Source: Squalus acanthias (lineage: Eukaryota). Taken from it: DNA of 64,000 nt. A program made the translations under genes and the position numbers. Location of the stretch: positions 310,001-374,000 of the forward strand of contig JASTWF010000334.1 of the NCBI GenBank assembly GCA_030390025.1, read 5' to 3'. Shown piece by piece: positions 60,622 through 64,000 of this stretch. The notes beneath the pieces are model-generated. The model did no database searches and had not been told where the DNA came from. It saw only the letters and a program-made list of their open reading frames with translations. The stretch's first letter is position 1, and each line of letters begins with the position of its first letter.

Positions 60622-61409
60622 TATTGATAGTTTACCAGGTCAGAATCCGTTGTAGAATGACTTCCAGCACCTGTTCCAGCCACAATACACCTGCCCTTTA
60701 AGAAGTGCAGGCTGGCTTTAACTGGTGCTAGCCTCTCATGATTTTGGGCCCCCTGCTGATGCGTGCAGCCAATCAACAGCGAGGTTAGCGCTAGCTGCTG
60801 GCAGAAGTCATGTAAATGAGCAGGCAGCACAAAGTTGGCGTGTTGCCTGCATTACATTGAACGGGCGTGGGTTAATCACGCATCACGATCCCCATGCTCG
60901 TTTTTGGGGGCTATCGAATTTAGCCCCTGGTGCCTTGCGCTAAATGTAGGCTAAACCCATCTGAATGCGCTACCAAAAATTGCCCCCAAAGATTAATAAG
61001 TGTAAATAAGACTTCTAGTGGCAGAAGGGTCAGTAACCAGAGGACACAGATTTTAGTTAATTGGCAAAAGAGCCAGAGGGGAGATGAGGAGATTTTTTTT
61101 TTACACAGTGAGTTGTTATGATCTGGAATGCATTGCCTGAAAGGGCGGTGGAAGCAGATTCAATAACTTTCAAAAGGGAATTGGATAAATATTTGAAAAG
61201 CTGAAATTTGCAGGGTTATGGAGAAAGGGCAGGGGGAGTGGGACTAATTGGAAAGCTCTTTCAAAGAGCTGGCACAGGCATAATGGGCTGAATGGTCTCC
61301 TTCTGTGCTGTATCATTCCATGATTCTATGACGCCTTGAATCAGAAATAAACAGTGAATGTTTGGGGATTGTTCTGTGATTATTGCCGCTTGTTTCCCTT
61401 TAATTGCAG

Positions 61410-61585
61410 CTCACGTTGCCCTGAATAGAGCATTGGAGAACGGACAACCAGAGACAGAGACTGATCAGGATCAGGACCTTGAAAAACGTGGCGTCTTTGG
61501 GAGAGGATCTTGTTCCGACGGCTGGTTTTATCTTGGTTATTGTTACCAGTAACTCTCTATGAGAAAGAATTGGATATATGCTGTG
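61410..61585 (+). pseudogene. Lectin B coding exon 2 with a premature TAA (61550-61552); remaining exons lie beyond the window or are lost
   Basis: TTGCAG|AHVALNRALENGQPETETDQDQDLEKRGVFGRGSCSDGWFYLGYCYQ*LSMRKNWIYAV|GTAAGT; 176 bp, same as copy A. Confidence 0.88.
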
Positions 61586-61617
61586 GTAAGTCCCTGGAGT
61601 CTCCATACTAAGATATT

Positions 61618-62378
61618 GGCCCTGAAATTCGCCTCTCTGGCTTGCCGCGGGGGTAAGGATCGCGCGCGCACTTACCTACCGCGCCTGCCGTTGACCTCTG
61701 GGCCCACGGGGACTTCAGCTCCTGGGCCTGCTCCAAGTGCCGGCGCGCAGTGCTTGCATGTCCCAGGGGCGTAGTTAGTGCGATGCGTACCCTGGGATCA
61801 CGTGGGCCATGGAGAGCCAATGGCAGCAGACCATCTTTCATTCACAGATTTGACAGGACCTGTCAAATCTATGAATTGAAATGGGCCCCAAAAGAACAGC
61901 TAAACCTCAAATAAATTTTAAAAAACCATCACATTTATAAAATAACTATAGGTTAAATAAATTAACTACTTTAAACAAAAATTAAAATTTTTGAAAAAAT
62001 TAAAAAACTTTTTAACAGTGCTAAAAATAAACTTACCTTTCTTTAAAGTATCTAAAAAAGATAAACCTGTTGAAATTTTTTTCAAATTATAATTAATTTA
62101 CCACTTACCTTGTTGAAAACAGGTCCTGCGCCTCCTTTCTAAAAGTGCAGGTTCTTCAATACTTACCCTCCCGTAGAAACCTGAAAAAAAACCTAAGTTT
62201 GCTGCGTGCGCGCAGCCTCTACTGCACACGCGGTTCACCTATGAACCGCTCCCTTCACCAGAGCGGAAGTTCTGGTTTCCCGCGCATGCGCAGTGCATGC
62301 AGGAAACCGGCACTTCAGGACGCCTTACGGGTGAGTACACAGTGCGTACTCACCCGGCAAGGGCCGAATTTTTGGCCC
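61618..62378. mobile_element. Harbinger-type MITE 32 bp after the lectin B exon 2 donor
   Basis: TSD ATT; the empty site is visible in copy A (~36880); same family as 5459-6224, opposite orientation. Confidence 0.85.
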
Positions 62379-62944
62379 ATTGGGTTTGTTACTCATTGTT
62401 TCTAAATATGACGGGACGCAGAGAATGAAAGAACCTTCTTTTTTATATCTGGACAGTTCTGATTGACTCAGTGTGTTCCATCAGTGGGTAACATGGTCTA
62501 CATTGTATTCTACATTAAACACTGAGGGCACTGAACTGTGACATTGAGCCCTGCAGACAAGGAGGGTCCCAGGTTCATCCATGGACAGTGATGAGGGAGT
62601 TACAACTGGTCTGACTGTCTCTGGATTAGAAAAGAGTAAAATCAGCACGACTCCCTGATCCTGATCACCATCCAGTGAAACCTTCTGCAAAATGCATTGT
62701 GTGGAAGTTTGGTGGGGACAGGTTTGGGCTCCAGATCCTGCTCTTCAGATCAAAGATGACAAGGTCCATTTAAAGGATCTGCTGTCAGCCCATTGAAAGG
62801 GCAGATAGTGTGAAAAACCTGTAACCGTTCAGCTAAGTTTTCAGACATTTTCAAAAGCCTTCAAGATGTACCTAAGCTTTGGTTAGTCTTGTTGACTGGG
62901 AATTTATATTGAATGGATGCCCCAGGTCACTTTCACTGAATGGT

Positions 62945-63870
62945 CACTAAATGGTTCAATTTTAAAAGGGGTGCAGGAATGGAGAGACTGGGTGTATGTA
63001 CACAAATTTTTGAAGGTGGCAAGACAAAATCATAGAACTCCCTCCCTAACAGCACCGTGGGAGTTCCTTCATCACACGGACTGCAGTGGTTTAAGAAGGC
63101 GGCTCAGCATCACCTTCTCAATGGCAATTAGGGATGGGCTGTAAATGTTGGCCTTGCCAGCGACGCCCACATCCCGTGAATGAATTTTTGAAAATAAGTT
63201 GAGAAGTCTGTTTAAAAAAAAAGCTTTCCGGACCCTTGACTTTATAAACAGAAGCATAGAGTACAAAGCAAGGAAGTTGGGCTAAACCTTTATTGATCAC
63301 TTGTTAGGCCCCAGCTGGAGTATTGTCCAATTCTGGCACCACACTTTAGGAAGGATGTTAAAGCCTTGGAAAGGGTGCAGAGGAGATTTACTAGAATGGT
63401 ACTAGGGATATGGGACTTTAGCCCCCTCCTCTCCCGAGATTGAGAACATAAGAACATAAGAACTAGGAGCAGGAGTAGGCCATTCGGCCCTTCGAGCCTG
63501 CTTCACTATTCAATATGATCATGGCTGATCTTTTACCTCAACTCTACCTCCCGCACCATCCCCATATCCCTTGATTCCCTTAATATCCAAAAATCTATTG
63601 AAATCTGTCTTGCATATATTCAACGACTGAGCATGCACAGCCCTCTTGGGTAGAGAATTCCAAAGATTTACAACCCTTTGAGTGAAGAAATTTCTCATCA
63701 TCTCAGTCCTAAATGGCTGACCCCTTATCTTGAAACTATGACTTCAGTTCTAGACTCTCCAGCCAGGGGAAACAGCCTCTCAGCATCTATCCTGTCAAGC
63801 CCTCTAAGAATTTAGTGCGTTTCAATGAGATCACCTCTCATTCTTCTGAGATTCAGAGAATATTCAATGA
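62945..63870. mobile_element. CR1 and second-LINE fragments
   Basis: CR1 RT pieces on + (62945-63420) and a CR1 3' end on minus (63445-63860). Confidence 0.7.
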
Positions 63871-64000
63871 GATACAAATTGGTGGAGCTTGCATCCGACA
63901 GGCTCCACCCAGTGACACCAGATACCAAGTGGCCAAAACAGTGGTCATTAAACACGGCCCAAAGCCAAATTTGGGCTGAGGTGATGTGTGGAACATAGGA

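Larger units (their letters stand above)
53438..60926. mobile_element. Middle degenerate two-gene Harbinger (pieces 53438-53490 and 57925-60926)
   Basis: Ends GCGCAAAATTCG / CGAATTTAGCCC; flanks CCG/CTG; transposase and Myb relics fused by an internal deletion near 59175. Confidence 0.72.
52525..60987. mobile_element. Outer degenerate Harbinger derivative (pieces 52525-53437 and ~60927-60987)
   Basis: Ends GGGGGTTATTTTGG / CCAAAAATTGCCCCC; flanks ATA/AAA; Myb relic RFSNVALEVLVEEV. Confidence 0.62.

Noticed and set aside
63880..63940. Extension of the inverted duplication to ~35625-35690
   Set aside because: The match lies in a MITE-like repeat, so positional homology cannot be established within the window.

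Overview
Eukaryotic, repeat-dense vertebrate DNA. The repeat families (CR1 LINEs with esterase ORF1, Deu-domain SINE, Penelope, PIF/Harbinger, L2 tails) point to a cartilaginous fish, probably a shark (inference). The only host genes I can support are two secreted C-type lectin genes arranged head-to-head in a large inverted duplication centred near 43,940. Gene A (minus strand) is complete: 5 coding exons, signal peptide, acidic propeptide ending EKR, and an EPN/WND lectin domain, with one +1 frameshift. Gene B (plus strand) shows only its first two coding exons in the window and carries a premature TAA. Their lectin exon is far more divergent than the neighbouring intron, with almost only amino-acid-changing differences. 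The rest is nested mobile DNA: a near-intact Ty3/Gypsy element with a candidate self-priming PBS, three nested CR1 LINEs, three nested Harbinger elements (the innermost nearly autonomous, with a spliced Myb/SANT gene), Penelope elements with hammerhead ribozyme motifs, MITEs, a solo LTR and four minisatellites. All counts and alignments were made by eye.
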